Positions 11,609 to 24,830 of a DNA stretch of 64,000 bases are shown one piece after another. The notes under the pieces were generated by a model that was not told the origin of the DNA, ran no database searches, and saw only the letters and a list, made by a program, of their open reading frames with translations. Positions within the stretch are counted from its first letter, which is position 1, and the number at the start of each line of letters is the position of its first letter. Source of the stretch: Octopus vulgaris (lineage: Eukaryota); contig OX597815.1 in the NCBI GenBank assembly GCA_951406725.2, positions 188,170,001 through 188,234,000 on the forward strand. Direction: 5' to 3'. Both the position numbers and the translations under genes were made by a program.

Positions 11609-11913
11609 ATATCACGTGACCACGTGATCACGTGACCGACTAGACCATCAGATGTTGTTACACATCGCTGGTCACAATGCATTCGCATTGTTTTAGCCTT
11701 CGAATGACGCCACCCCGCTGGCTAAGCGAGCAGGCCAACAGAAGAAAGAGTGGTGAAAGAGTACAGCAAGGATCACCACTCCCTGCTGGAGCATCGTGGA
11801 GCTTTTAAGGTGTTTTTGCTTAATAAAACTCACAACGCCCGGCCTGGGAATTGAAACCGCGATCCTACGACCGCGAGACTGCTGTCCTAACCACTGGGCC
11901 ATTGCTCCTCCAC
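11609..11913 (-). mobile_element. SINE family C with (CACGTGAT)n tail and 11-bp TSD
   Basis: Head ggaggagcaatggcccagtggttagg; TSD accttattcat at 11598-11608 and 11914-11924. Confidence 0.9.
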
Positions 11914-12237
11914 ACCTTATTCATTTATAAAATACTACAATTAGCTGTCATTTTTGAAGGCTCAGGGTCTGCTAGAGTTTTTATAATTACGTAAGTGAAT
12001 GCTTATTTGTGTGTATTACTTGAATTTATTTAAGTATCCTTGTACATTTGTCACCAACGTCCTATGTATTTCCTTTATGTTTGTACGCATCAAATTACGG
12101 TATTAGGTATGTTGGGCAGATAAGAATGACCCTGAGAGATAGATAAACGAAATTAAAGCGGATCTACAGTTTCTTAATTTAAACTGCGAAGTATCATAAC
12201 TGTGGAAAAATATCAACTGTAAATAGATTGTTCATCC

Positions 12238-12731
12238 AGGTGTAGGAGTGGATGTGTGGTAAGTAGCTTGCTTACAAACTATATGGTTCCGGGTTCAGTC
12301 CCACTGCATGGTACCTTGGGCAAGTGTCTTCTACTATAGCATCGGGCCGACCAAAGCCTTGTGAGTGGATTTGGTAGACGGAAACTGAAAGAAGCCTATC
12401 GTATTAGTACCTCCAAATTTAATATACAATTATTCATAATTGTAGAGTCCTGCGCTGAAGAGAAAAATAGTTGGGTAAGACATAATTATCTAATTTTTAT
12501 GCTTTCCTAAGACTTAATTTCGAAATGTACGTCCGTAGGTGACTTAATATAGAATGATTGTCGTCATTTCTTTCTCTTTTGCCTGCGTTTGCCTTTTAAG
12601 TGCTGTGGTTTTACTGAGATCTCCCTTTTAAGTAGAAAGAATAGCCAGAACTCTTTGACTGCTATTTCTAAACTCGGTGTGTGGTGAGGCAAATCGTTGC
12701 TAAACCCTTAATTACTTAGTATATTTATATA

Positions 12732-12776
<45 letters not shown>

Positions 12777-13018
12777 GTATGTATGTGTGTGTGTATATGT
12801 TTGTGTGTCTGTGTTTGTCCCCCCAACATCGCTTGACAACCAATGTTGTGTGTTTACGTCCCCATAACTTAGCGGTTCAGCAAAAAGAGGCCACTAGAAT
12901 AAGTACTAGGCTTACAAAGAATAAGTCTTGGGGAGTTTGATTTGCTTGACTAAAGGCAGTGCTCCAGCATGACTACAGTCAAATGACTGAAACAAGTAAA
13001 AGAGTAAAGAATAAGAGT
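12238..13018 (+). mobile_element. SINE family A interrupted by an insert of about 315 bp
   Basis: Head runs to ...aagaagcctatcgtat (about 12404); foreign sequence 12405-12720; A body resumes after (TA)/(TATG)n. Confidence 0.85.
12445..12545 (+). ncRNA. Type I hammerhead ribozyme, intact core
   Basis: cctgcg-CTGAAGA(12455-61)-long imperfect stem II (gaaa...cataa/ttatg...tttc)-GAAA(12522-25)-tgtacg-TC-cgtagg. Stem I cctgcg/cgtagg extends with gagt/actt; GUC cleavage triplet at 12531-33. Confidence 0.75.
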
Positions 13019-13044
13019 ATACGCCTGTTTTAAATATATTCCTT

Positions 13045-13735
13045 TCTTTTATTCTTTTCTTTTACTTGTTTCTGTCACTTTGAGTGTGGCCCATGCTGGA
13101 ACACCACCTTTTAGTCGAAGAAATCGACCCCTGGACTTATTCTTTGTAAGCTTGGTACTTATTCTATTGGTCTCTTTTGCCAAACTGCTAAGTTACAGGG
13201 ATGTAAACACACCAACATCAGTTGTCAAGCAATAGTGGTGGTGGTGGTGGTGGGGGACAAACAAGGATGCAAACACACAAATATATACATACACACATAC
13301 ATATATATATGCACACACACACACGCATATATACGATGGGCTTCTTTCAGTTTCTTATTTCTTAACTGCCCACAAAGGGCTGCACACAGAGGGGACAAAA
13401 CAAGGACAGACAAATGGATTAAGTCAATTACATCAACCCCAGTGCATAACTGGTACTTAATTTATCGACCCTGAAAGGATGAAAGGCAAAGTCGACCTTG
13501 GTGGAATTTGAACTCAGAACATAGCGGCAGACGAAATACCACTAAGCATTTCGCCTTGCATGCTAACGTTTCTGCCAGCTCACTGCCTTTCAGTTTCTGT
13601 CTACCAAATCTATTCACAAGGCTTTGGTTGGCCTGAGGCTATAGTAGAAGACACTTGCCTAAGGTGCTATGCAGTGGGCCTCAACTCAGAACCATGTGGT
13701 TGGGAAGCAAGCTTCTAACCACACAGTCACATCTA
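13045..13735 (-). mobile_element. SINE family A containing a nested SINE B
   Basis: A sequence is split at tttcagtttct. Confidence 0.85.
13356..13587 (-). mobile_element. SINE family B nested in A, 11-bp TSD
   Basis: tttcagtttct at 13345-13355 and 13588-13598. Confidence 0.9.
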
Positions 13736-14319
13736 TAAAGCCAGTGAACAGCAATGATGATACTGGTTTGACTTTGAATCTCTTTAACAGTTCAAAATAA
13801 TGAATTTAATTCCTCTTAAATCTACCTCAGTTCATCTAATTGTATTTATCACTACTTTTCATAAAAAAAGTCTTTATTTTTGTGATATTCAATGAGCATT
13901 TTTGCTTTTTTTCTTCTTACTATCCCCATATCTTTTCCACGTGTAGTTTTTATTTACTTTTTGATGCTATCTTAATTCATTTCGTCCTTAGTCGAAAGAC
14001 ACCTGTTGTTATGTTTTGTTATTTGTATTTGTTTGTGTAACATTCTCCGTTTTTTTTTCTGTCCTTGTTTTCATATACATTCGCTGCTTTCTTCCAAGGA
14101 ATCTAATGCTCTTAGCTTAGTTTTTTCTTAGGGCTGGCCAGATTGGAGCAATCTTGAGTATAATCAGCTGAAATTGCGAAGATAATCTGGTACTCAACTG
14201 ACGAAAGTAAACTTTGAATGACCTGTCTTGTTTTCTTTGTTTCGTCTATCTGGATGTTTTGTTGTCCCTTTTTTGTATCACCTAACTGTCTGGATATTTT
14301 GCATTCTTGTCCCATTTTG

Positions 14320-14376
<57 letters not shown>

Positions 14377-14406
14377 GTGTACGTACACTTTGGTCTCTTA
14401 TATATA

Positions 14407-14446
<40 letters not shown>

Positions 14447-14449
<3 letters not shown>

Positions 14450-14490
14450 GGGAAGGTTTACGAAAATAAACAAAAGATGAAGGCAGGTGA
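14447..14490 (-). mobile_element. 5'-truncated end of the 2122-2303 element, within (TA)n
   Basis: gggaaggtttacgaaaataaacaaaagatgaaggcaggtg is a near reverse complement of 2262-2302; (TA)n on both sides. Confidence 0.75.
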
Positions 14491-15720
14491 TATATATATA
14501 TATATATATATCATAAAAATCAACTAATTTGGTAGAAGTCACAATTTCTAAGTATTCCTGCCCAGTTAAAGAAATTCTTTGAATCGCAGTGTACGTCAGG
14601 GAAACTACTCTTACAGCTGTCTGGTGTTATGTTTGGAGTTGATGTTTTAAAAACAATAATGATATCAGATCAAACACAGAAGAGAAACAGATAAGTAGAG
14701 TCACTCACAAAATATTTAACCGTAATTTTAGTATTTCTCCCTAGAATTATGAATTGAGTGGGGAATATTATTCCATACTTGACCTCATATGGGATTTGTA
14801 GACAGGATGACTAGCCTGAACAAAATTCTTGGTTTTTTAGATATCAGTATTATGAACAAAGATCATTTTGTATTAGGAAAATAGATTTTTATGAGCGTAA
14901 TATTGAGGTTATAGTTAAGTAGCGAAATTAAAATAAAAAAGGAAAATATTTTATTCCTGCATTGTTTCAATTTGAATAACAAAATTATCTTGTCATATTG
15001 TAATTAGATCTAACAAAAAGGTTTTGTTTCAGTATTTTACTGAATAATGGAAAAGAAATTTGAGTAGAGTCTGAAAGTAAAAAGATTTGGGGGAGTTGGT
15101 TTCTAAAGGATTCATAGAAAAATACATTTTAGCTTGTCATATCAATTATACTGGATGACCTTAAACATGAGTTTAAGTAACATATCCAAAATGTTTTATA
15201 AAAATAATAAGGTGAATTCTTAGATTAATATATAAAATGATAATAAATTCTACACACACACACATGTACACATATTAAAAATAATTAATATAGGATAAAG
15301 ATTAATAATAACAAACACTTCATAGTATGTCCAACAATTGTTTTCTTATTTTAACTTTAAATAACATTTTCACCTTCCAGTCAAATAATTCCAAAATATT
15401 TTCCATTGGTTTGTCTGTCTAAAATAATTCCAATAATCTTTATTCCAGTATTTCCTAATTAAAGTAAATAACAACCAACCATTAATTCTTTTATGTCTAT
15501 TTTTAAAAGTTAACGATGATGTTGTTAATTAGAAGGAATCTATTGAATTAGGGTCTGGTTAGTAATTATTGCAGGTGTCACTGAAAAATATATACTGGCT
15601 ATATTATGTAGGACAAATGTAACAATATCAAAGTTAATGATTGAATTTTTAATTAATTTTTATCTTCTTGGTTTTACATCTTAGTCTGTGACCTTTTTAA
15701 ACTAAAGAAAAAATATTATA

Positions 15721-16157
15721 CTCTTACTCTTTTACTCTTTACTCTTTTACTTGTTTCAGTCATTTGACTGCGGCCATGCTGGAGCACTGCGTTTAGTCGA
15801 GCAAATCGACCCCGGGACTTATTCTTTGTAAGCCCAGTACTTATTCTATCGGTCTCTTTTGCTGAACCGCTAAGTGACGGGGACGTAAACACACCAGCAT
15901 CGGTTGTCAAGCAATGCTAGGGGGACAAACACAGACACACAAACACACACACACACACATATATACATATGTCTACATATATATACATATATACGACAGG
16001 CTTCTTTCAGTTTCAATCTACCAAATCCACTCACAAGGCATTGGTCGGCCTGGGGCTATAGCAGAAGACACTTGCCCAAGATGCCACGCAGTGGGACTGA
16101 ACCTGGAACCATGTGGTTGGTAAGCAAGCTACTTACCACACAGCCACTCCTGCGTCT
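15721..16157 (-). mobile_element. SINE family A
   Basis: Full-length reverse copy. Confidence 0.9.
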
Positions 16158-16338
16158 ATAAAGCATTTAAATTTACTTTGCATTATATAATGGCTTATGA
16201 GACAATATTACATCTAAAAATCAATGTAACTAATTGACTGTGGATAAAATTAGTTACATGCTGTGGAAGGTGGAAGCTTAAAATTGAGTGACGTAGTGAT
16301 TGTTTTAAAGCCTCTCAGGTTTTCAGGAGATTGGATAT

Positions 16339-16743
16339 AGGTGCAAGAGTGGCTGTGTGGTAAGAAGCTTGCTTAGCAACCACATGGTTCCAGGATCAGT
16401 CCCACTGTGTGGCACCTTGGGCAAGTGTCTTCTACTATAGCCTTGGGCTGACCAAAGCCTTGTGAGTGGACTTGGTAGACGCAAACTGAAAGAAGCCTGT
16501 CATATATATATGCATCTGTATATATATGTGTGTGTGTTTGTGTGTCTGTGTTTGTCCCCACCAATGTCACTTGACAACCGATGCTGGTGTATTTACGTCT
16601 CTGTAACTTAGCAGTTCGGCAAAAGTGACCGATAGAATAAGTACTCAGCTTACAAAGAATAAGTCCTGGGGATGATTTCCTCAAGGTGGTGCTCCAGCAT
16701 GGCCACAGTCAAATGACTGAAACAACTAAAAGAGTAAAAGAGA
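16339..16743 (+). mobile_element. SINE family A
   Basis: Full-length copy, head-to-head with the previous one. Confidence 0.9.
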
Positions 16744-16884
16744 TGTAGTTTTGATGTTATTATTTTTCTAAGGAAATAGAGACGGAAAAAAAAAAGCAAG
16801 ATTTTCAAATGGAAATCAAAAGAAAATCATAGATTCAAATTTTTAAGAATTTACCTCTGTATAAAAGGGTAAAAAAGAAAACCA

Positions 16885-17197
16885 GCACTCTGTCAGTTAT
16901 GCTGAAAAGGGTTCCAATTGATCCGATCAACAGAACAGCCTGCTCATAAAATTAACATGCAGGTGGCTGAGTACTCCATTGACAAGCATACCCTTAATGT
17001 AGTTCTCAGGGAGATTCAGCGTGACACAGACTGTGACAAGGCTGGCCTTTTGAAACACAGGTACAACTCAGTTTTGCCAGCTGAATGGACTGGAACAACG
17101 GGAAATAAAATTTCTTGTTGAAGGACACAAGGTGTTGTTGGGAATTGAACTCATGACCATAGAGTCATGAATCGAATTCCCTAACCACTAAGCCATG
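16885..17197 (-). mobile_element. SINE family E
   Basis: Matches 27514-27837 and 56897-57200. Confidence 0.8.
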
Positions 17198-17331
17198 TTC
17201 ATACATGACATGTGTATATAACATAAACTAATGATTTCTTTTCTTTACCACAAGGATAGTGAATGAAAGGATACTACAATAAGAAATTAGTAAAGCAATG
17301 AGAGTTTTAGTGCAATTATTATATATATTAT

Positions 17332-17495
17332 AGGCGCAGGAGTGGCTGTGTGGTAAGTAGCTTGCTAACCAACCACATGGTTCCGGGTTCAGTCCCACTG
17401 TGTGGCACCTTTGGAAAGTGTCTTCTGCTATAGCCCCGGGCCGACCAATTCCTTGTGAGTGGATTTGGTAGACGGAAACTGAAAGAAGCCCGTCG

Positions 17496-17526
<31 letters not shown>

Positions 17527-17744
17527 ATGCTTGTGTGTCTGTGTTTGTCCCCCTAGCATTGTTTGACAACCGGTGCTGGTGTGTTTACGTCCCCATTACT
17601 TGGCAGTTCGGCAAAAGAGACCGATAGAATAAGTACTGGGCTTACAAAAGAATAAGTCCCGGGGCCGAGTTGCTCGATTAAAGGCGGTGCTCCAGCATGG
17701 CCACAGTCAAATGACAGAAACAAGTAAAAGAGTAAAAGAGAGAG
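17332..17744 (+). mobile_element. SINE family A
   Basis: Full-length copy. Confidence 0.9.
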
Positions 17745-18004
17745 TATATATATATAAAAAAAAAAACTGCCATGGAAAATAACTGTACACAAAAGTAATT
17801 CCATGAGCCAGCAATGCTTGGGTAGCAAATGAATGCCTGCAACATGATTTCATGACTCCACACCTGTAGATTAATCCTAAACTTGGAATGCCGCAATAAA
17901 AACGCCAGTCATTCTATCCAGGAGACTATGGATAACATCCAGAAGTTTTTGTTCTGTAAGGATGAAAGGTGAAGTTGACTTCGGTGGTATAGTAATAATA
18001 ATAA

Positions 18005-18275
18005 TAACAAGAGCACAAACCTCTACCGAGGCAACACCAACGTCCTCTCAACGCTTAGCCAAAGATGATTTTTAAAATGAGAATATCTGAAATAAACTCG
18101 ACTGCTCTCACAAATGAGAATGCTAAAAATGAACCTGACTGCTCTCAAAAATTAAGTAAAAAACTGGAAAAATAATCCAATATCTTGTGCGGTACTGGAT
18201 GGATCCCCCAAATCTAATCAGTTCATGCCATTCATGGGGCCAAACATCCCTGGAAGTTTCATCTGAATCCATCCA
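18005..18275 (+). mobile_element. Possible Helentron-associated non-autonomous element fragment
   Basis: Begins taacaagagcac and contains aaatctaatcagttc and aagtttcatctgaatcc, motifs I associate with HINE-type repeats; only one copy here. Confidence 0.35.
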
Positions 18276-18295
18276 GCTCTGTAAAATGGTTGGTA

Positions 18296-18654
18296 GCCAT
18301 AGAAACCATGCCAAAACAGACTAGTGGAGCCTGGTGCAGCTCTCTGGCTTGACAGCTCCTGTCAGAGTCTCCAACTCATCCAGCACGGAAAATGGACGTT
18401 AAATGATGGTGATGATAATGATGAGGGATGATGATGACAATGATGAGGAGTGATGATGATGATGATGATGATGATGATGAGTGATGATAATGATGAGTGA
18501 TGATGATGATGAGTGGTGATGATGAGTGATGATGAGTGATGATGAGTGATGATAATGGGTGATGATGAGTGATGATGATGATGAATGAGGATAATGAGTG
18601 TTGATGATGAATGATGATGATGATGAGTAATGATGATGACGAGTGATGATGATG
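18296..18654 (+). mobile_element. Family D 3' end with a long degenerate (GAT)n tail
   Basis: agaaaccatgcc...ggagcctggtgcagc...ggacgttaaatgatg followed by about 250 bp of GAT-based repeat. Confidence 0.75.
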
Positions 18655-19656
18655 TACTATTTAACAATCCTCTGCCAGTATTTCCACCACCATATAAAAC
18701 ACTGAACTTCCATGCTAGTTACACAAACCAAATTTCACTCAGAAAGTACAAGTTAGCCTGTGGGTATTGGTAGAAGACACTTTCCCCTGCTGCTACACTT
18801 TAGGTTTGAACCCAGAACCACTTGGTTACAAAGTCAATTTCTTAGCCACAGAGACATTGAATGATATTTTTTTCTTCTTCATTTGATGTACTTTTAGTTT
18901 AATAACAGGGTTTGTTTGAGCATCTGAAATTAACCATTGCCATTCACATGTTTTGCAGTCAGAGTTTTTTTCAGCTACATTCAAATATGGTTCTTCAAGC
19001 TATGTTTATCTATTTTAATTTTAACTCATTTCAGGTCAGTTCTAACCACCATTTATCCAATATCTCTAATTATTGAAAATCCAAGATACACCTTCCCTAC
19101 CATTCTCCATAATTAGACTCATTATACGTCTCTAGTTTTTCTGCTCGCATTGAGAGACAATGATAATCATATCATTGCACTCAATAGTTCCAACTTTTCT
19201 ACTGTAATTTGTTATATTTCATTGCAATATTGAAAATAATATTATATCTCTGAGAGGATATAATCTTCATTTCCATGCTAAAATATTTCATTAACAAGCT
19301 GGAGTAATTTAAATCTGCTTTAGTCATTGCTGATTCTAACAACCTGAACACAGTATTTCCTTCTGCTAGCAATTGATAAGAAGTCATAAATAGCTGGATC
19401 ATATTACATCTTCAAGGAAACTATTACTGCAATTTTCTGTTTGCGATATAGGCTGCATCTGCTAAAGCCTTATAAACTGTAATTACCAGTATATATGGAG
19501 TATTACTATAACGCTTGTAGCTCTTTCTTGTATTACTTGCATACAAACATTGCCTGTACTTTTCTGTCTGATAATGGCATTTTCTTTTTGTTTCTACTTT
19601 AAATCTCACACCCTCTAAATTAGTGTTGGCATTCTTTAACTTGAACTCCCTTGAGA

Positions 19657-19671
19657 TATATACATATATCA

Positions 19672-19726
<55 letters not shown>

Positions 19727-19782
19727 CCGTCATCATAATCATCATCATCATTTAATGTCTGCTTAAACGATGATGATGATGA

Positions 19783-19825
<43 letters not shown>

Positions 19826-20010
19826 TATATATATATGTAAACACACACATGCACACATACATTCACATAGAAATATAGATATATATGTACTTATATTTAC
19901 ACATATATGATTTATATACATGTATACATATATACATACCTATATACACATATAGATACATATATACATTCATACAAATATATGTATGTATGTGTGTATG
20001 TATGTAGGCA

Positions 20011-20051
<41 letters not shown>

Positions 20052-20215
20052 GTGTGCATGTATGTATGTATGTATGTATGTATGTATGTATGTATACCAA
20101 GCCAAAACAGACAATGGAACCAGGTGCAACCCCTGGCCTTGCCAGCTCCAGTCAAACCATCCAACCCATGCCAACATGGAAAATGGACATTAAATGATGA
20201 TGATCATCATCATAT
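19657..20215. repeat. Compound (TG)/(TA)/(TATG)/(GAT) microsatellites with a family D end
   Basis: Direct reading; D-like 3' end at about 20097-20205. Confidence 0.85.
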
Positions 20216-20394
20216 ACATCGGACTCTGACAACGATGGCATTTGTTAAGTTCATTCAATTTTCTCTGTCAATCAATAAACTGAATAAACAGAACCATGAT
20301 CACACCTGTAATGCATAACAAAAACAACTATAAGTCAAAGAGTGTAGAAATAAAGAAATATGTGAAGCCTAATATCTATGCCTTTTCTTGTCGT

Positions 20395-20524
20395 CATGGC
20401 TGTGTGGTAAGAAACTTGCTTCCCAACCACATGGTTTCGGGTTCAGTCCCACTGTATGGCACCTTAGGCAAAAGCCTTGTGAGTGGATTTGGTAGATGGA
20501 AAAATGAAAGAAGCCTGTTTTATA

Positions 20525-20584
<60 letters not shown>

Positions 20585-20940
20585 GGATATCCTTGTTGCT
20601 TATTTTGATTATAATCACCTCTTTTGATTTATATGGATAATACCATACAAAATCCTGGTGCCTTTAACTTAAGTACCATATTCATCTGAATCATATATAT
20701 ATATATATTTATGTTTGTGTATTTTTGTGTCTGTGTTTGTCCCCCCACCATCGCTTGATAACCGGTGTCGGTATTTTTACATCCCTATAACTTTGCGGTT
20801 TGGCGAAATAGATCAATAGAATAAGTACTAGGCTTACAAAGAATAAGTCCTGGGGTCGATATCTTTGACTAAAACCCTTTAAGTTGGTGCTCCAGCATGA
20901 CTGCTGTCAAAAGATTGAAACAAGTAAAAAATAAAAAGGA
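20395..20940 (+). mobile_element. SINE family A with an insert of about 110 bp in its (TA)n
   Basis: Head, (TA)n, foreign sequence 20581-20692, then the A body. Confidence 0.8.
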
Positions 20941-21569
20941 ATATGTGTGTGCATGAATGTGTGTGTGTGAATGTATGTGCGTGTATACATGTAAAATCAC
21001 TGTTAGTTCTTAAATGTATGAATTCTTTATTTCCAGTTTTTGAAATGCAAAAACAAAAACAAAAAGCATCAAGAAAAAAGAATTCTGAGAACAAATATGT
21101 TCAAATTTGTGTTCTTAATTTGAGTAGTTGTTTTTAGTTGCCAAGATTACATCTGTTATGAAGTACTAAACCATATGTGACCATTTTCTCATGAAACATT
21201 AATTAATTTTTAAAATTTTCAATAGGGAGTTATTAAAATAACTAACTTTTTCCTTATTAAATTGATATTTGGAACATGATTTAAAACCATAATTTAGGCA
21301 AAATTATTTAATTATGAACATTGAGTGGTTTCCTAATTGGACCAACAGCATGTATGTATGAGAATGGCTCATTAACATTTACCATTATTCGTTAAGGTTA
21401 TTACAAAGATTTCTGGCATCATTGTTTTGACAGGAGAAGACTTAATTTCAGCCAGTTATTTCTATAGAATAAATTCTCCGCCTTTGTAATGGTATATCTA
21501 TTGTGAGGGAATATGGTGTTCCATATAAATTTTAAAATATTCTTCCATTTAGCATGATCCCTTTCTTAT

Positions 21570-21768
21570 TTTATTCTTGCTGGAGCACCGCCTTTAGTTG
21601 AGCAAATCGCCCCCAGGACTTATTCTTTGTAAGCCTAGTACTTATTTTATCGGTCTCTTTTGCTGAACTGCTAAGTTACAGGGATGTAAACACACCAGCA
21701 TCGGTTGTCAAGCGATGCTGTGAGGACAAACACAGATGCACAAACACATACACACATACATACATATA

Positions 21769-21812
<44 letters not shown>

Positions 21813-22023
21813 AATATATATATATGTATTATGTATATATATATATATATATATACATATATACAATGGGCTTCTTTCAGTTTCCATCTACAAAATCCAC
21901 TCACAAGGCTTTGGTCAGCCTGAGGCTATAGTAGAAGAGACTTGCCCAAAGGTGCCATGTAGTGGGACTGAACCGGGAACCATGTAGTTCATAAGCAAGC
22001 TACATACCACACAGCCACTCCTC
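21570..22023 (-). mobile_element. SINE family A
   Basis: Reverse copy with expanded internal (TA)n. Confidence 0.85.
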
Positions 22024-23199
22024 CGTTAATATTTTATTATATAAAAAATAACACAATAGGATTCTTTAAGCATTGAATGGCCAGGAGGGCTTAGTAGACT
22101 AAAATAGAAATCAAAAGGACCCATAGATAATAAAAAAATGTTTGAGAACCACTGGTCTTTTCAACCAGGGTTGACCTGGAATTAAACAACAGCAGTAATA
22201 ACAACATGAAATTGAAATGTAATTGTAGTTGCCAGATGGTTTTTATTAAAATGCCAGGCACACACCCTGTTAAGAGAATATGTATATAAGTAAACTAAAT
22301 ATAAATAAAATACCATCTACAAACTTATAAAATATGTCCAGTAATTTCTCAATTCATTTTCTCTTTTTTTTTTTGTTTACTTGTGTAACATCTCAATTAC
22401 TGAAGTATTCACAAATTCACACACATAACTATAAAGATAATCTAAATATTTGGTTAAACCGAATTAAGTATAGAAAAAATAAATGAATAAATATAAATAA
22501 ATACAGCAAAAAAATGTTCTTATAAACTTAAGTACACAGTGATAAGAAATTAGATCATTGACTCCCCTGTATTATGCGTAATATATTTAAAGAGAAAGTA
22601 TATGAAACATCTGTAGATAATGTTTAGATAAATTCTATACATCTGTAGATAATGCTTTGCAAATTTATATAAAGAAAAATTTGAACTTAAAATTATTGAA
22701 TAAAAAGAAATTGCTGAAATAAATGCCGATTGCAGATTATCTAAGATATTTATGTGAAGAAGAAGACTAAAGAATATTGAATAATAGAATTAACAATGAA
22801 AATAATTAGAGATGATTAAAAAGATAGCAAACTCGAATTTGGTTTCTTTCTGGTTGTCCCTGTTCGTTTTCACACTTAAAAAAGTAATTGTAAAATCAAT
22901 GTAACGCACACACACACACACACACACACGTGCATATATAATCACACATACATATACTTACACATATATAGTGAAGCTTAAGTCGACTAGGACAACATTC
23001 CTGTATTATGCAAAGTAAAGCTTTCTTCATTGAAGAAAGAAACTGATAAGTTATAACTTGGAGTCCCAGTTAACTTGGACTTAATGATAAATCTATTTCT
23101 GATCTCAGTAATGAGTTACTTCAGCAGTGAATGCTCCATTGTTATTTTTAAATTAGCTTTAGGATATATACATTTGAAAATTTTAAGAATTTAATTATA

Positions 23200-23452
23200 T
23201 AAAAAGCACCATTCAAACATGACCGATGCCAGTGTCGTATGACTGGCACCCATGCCGGTAGTTCATAAAAAGCACCCTCTACACTCTCAGAGTGGTTGGC
23301 GTTAGGAAGGGCATCCAGCTGTAGAAACTCTGCCAGATCAAGACTGGAGCCCGGTGCATCCCCCTGGCTTGCCATTCCTCAGTCAAACCATCCAACCCAT
23401 GCCAGCATAGAAAGATGTTAAACGACAATGATGACAATGATGATGATGATGA
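23200..23452 (+). mobile_element. Family D (RTE 3' end)
   Basis: ggttggcgttaggaagggcatccagctgtagaaac...(GAT)n. Confidence 0.85.
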
Positions 23453-23929
23453 TGGGCAGATTGCATGACGCCTGTATTAGGTTGGTAACAAAAACAGGAC
23501 AGTGAAAACAAACAGGAAGGGCTGCTAAGCCTAAACGAGGTGAAGTGGTGAATGCTGGAGGAACATGCTCTGACAGGGGACAGACAAGAATGCATCTTAT
23601 CCTTGTGGCTGATGAGAAGGAAAGAAAGAAATTCAAGTTAGGAAAAAAAGATGGCGGATGGTCACATGCAAGTAACGAGAGCAAAGGTGGAAGAGTGAGG
23701 GAGAGAAGGACAGATAGAGAACAGCAAACGGGAGAGGAAAGGAATTAGAGAAAGGATGAGAGAGAAAAAAAATGAAAGGGGAAGAAAAAGAGATAAAAAG
23801 AATTAGAGAAAGGAAGAGAGAGGAAATGAAAGGGGAAAGAGAAATAGAAATAGAAATAGAGATAGTAATAGAATGCAGTCACTTTGAAATTAAGGTAAAC
23901 CTTACTTGAAAATGGATGTGTGGCATTAT

Positions 23930-24088
23930 ATACTATTTATATTACATATGTATTATGTATATAATATATATATACAAACATACACTATATATATGTATAT
24001 ATGCACACACACACACATATGCATACACATATACATATATATTATATATGTAACGTATATATACAAACATACACGTTATATACATATT

Positions 24089-24123
<35 letters not shown>

Positions 24124-24228
24124 GTATATATATATATGTATATATATATATGTATATATATATATGTATATATATATATATGTATATATATGTATATTTA
24201 TATATGTATATATATATATGTGTATATA

Positions 24229-24261
<33 letters not shown>

Positions 24262-24348
24262 GTGTATATATATATATATGTGTATATATATGTGTGTGTA
24301 TATATATATATATATATATGAATATGTATATATATATATATGTATATA

Positions 24349-24390
<42 letters not shown>

Positions 24391-24410
24391 TATACATATA
24401 TATATATACA
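23930..24410. repeat. Degenerate (TA)/(TATG)n tract
   Basis: Direct reading. Confidence 0.95.
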
Positions 24411-24830
24411 CTTTAAAATCTTAAAAAATATTTTAATGTTTTTCTAATGGTTGCATAGCTTGATAAGGATGATGCCTGAGAGAAATCTTAGAACAAATGA
24501 AATGCTATTATGACAGAAGTAAGAGTAGTTTATACCATTTTTATTTATATATAGTTTTGGCATTTTAAAATAGCTCTAGAATTATCTTCATTCTAAACTT
24601 CCAATAAATCTCGATATTTTGATGCATTATTTGTTAGTAAGCAATTTAAGCAATGGAGTGGTTTTGTGGTGTGGGTGGTGCGGGGTATTTGCTTTGCAAA
24701 TCTTACAAAATAATGTGCTTTTCAGGAAGTTCTTTTGGCATCGGTGCTAGACTTCTTTAACTTGCTTGTAATTCATAAGCTGATGCATATAGAAAGCAAA
24801 AAACATAGAAATCAGAATAAAAATTAGATA

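Noticed and set aside
19080-19650. Two adjacent minus-strand ORFs
   Set aside because: Interrupted by stops, with no recognisable family or splice signals.
23906-24424. Long YI/HT-rich ORFs (also poly-L/N/I at 33.9, 42.4 and 45.9 kb)
   Set aside because: Translated microsatellites.
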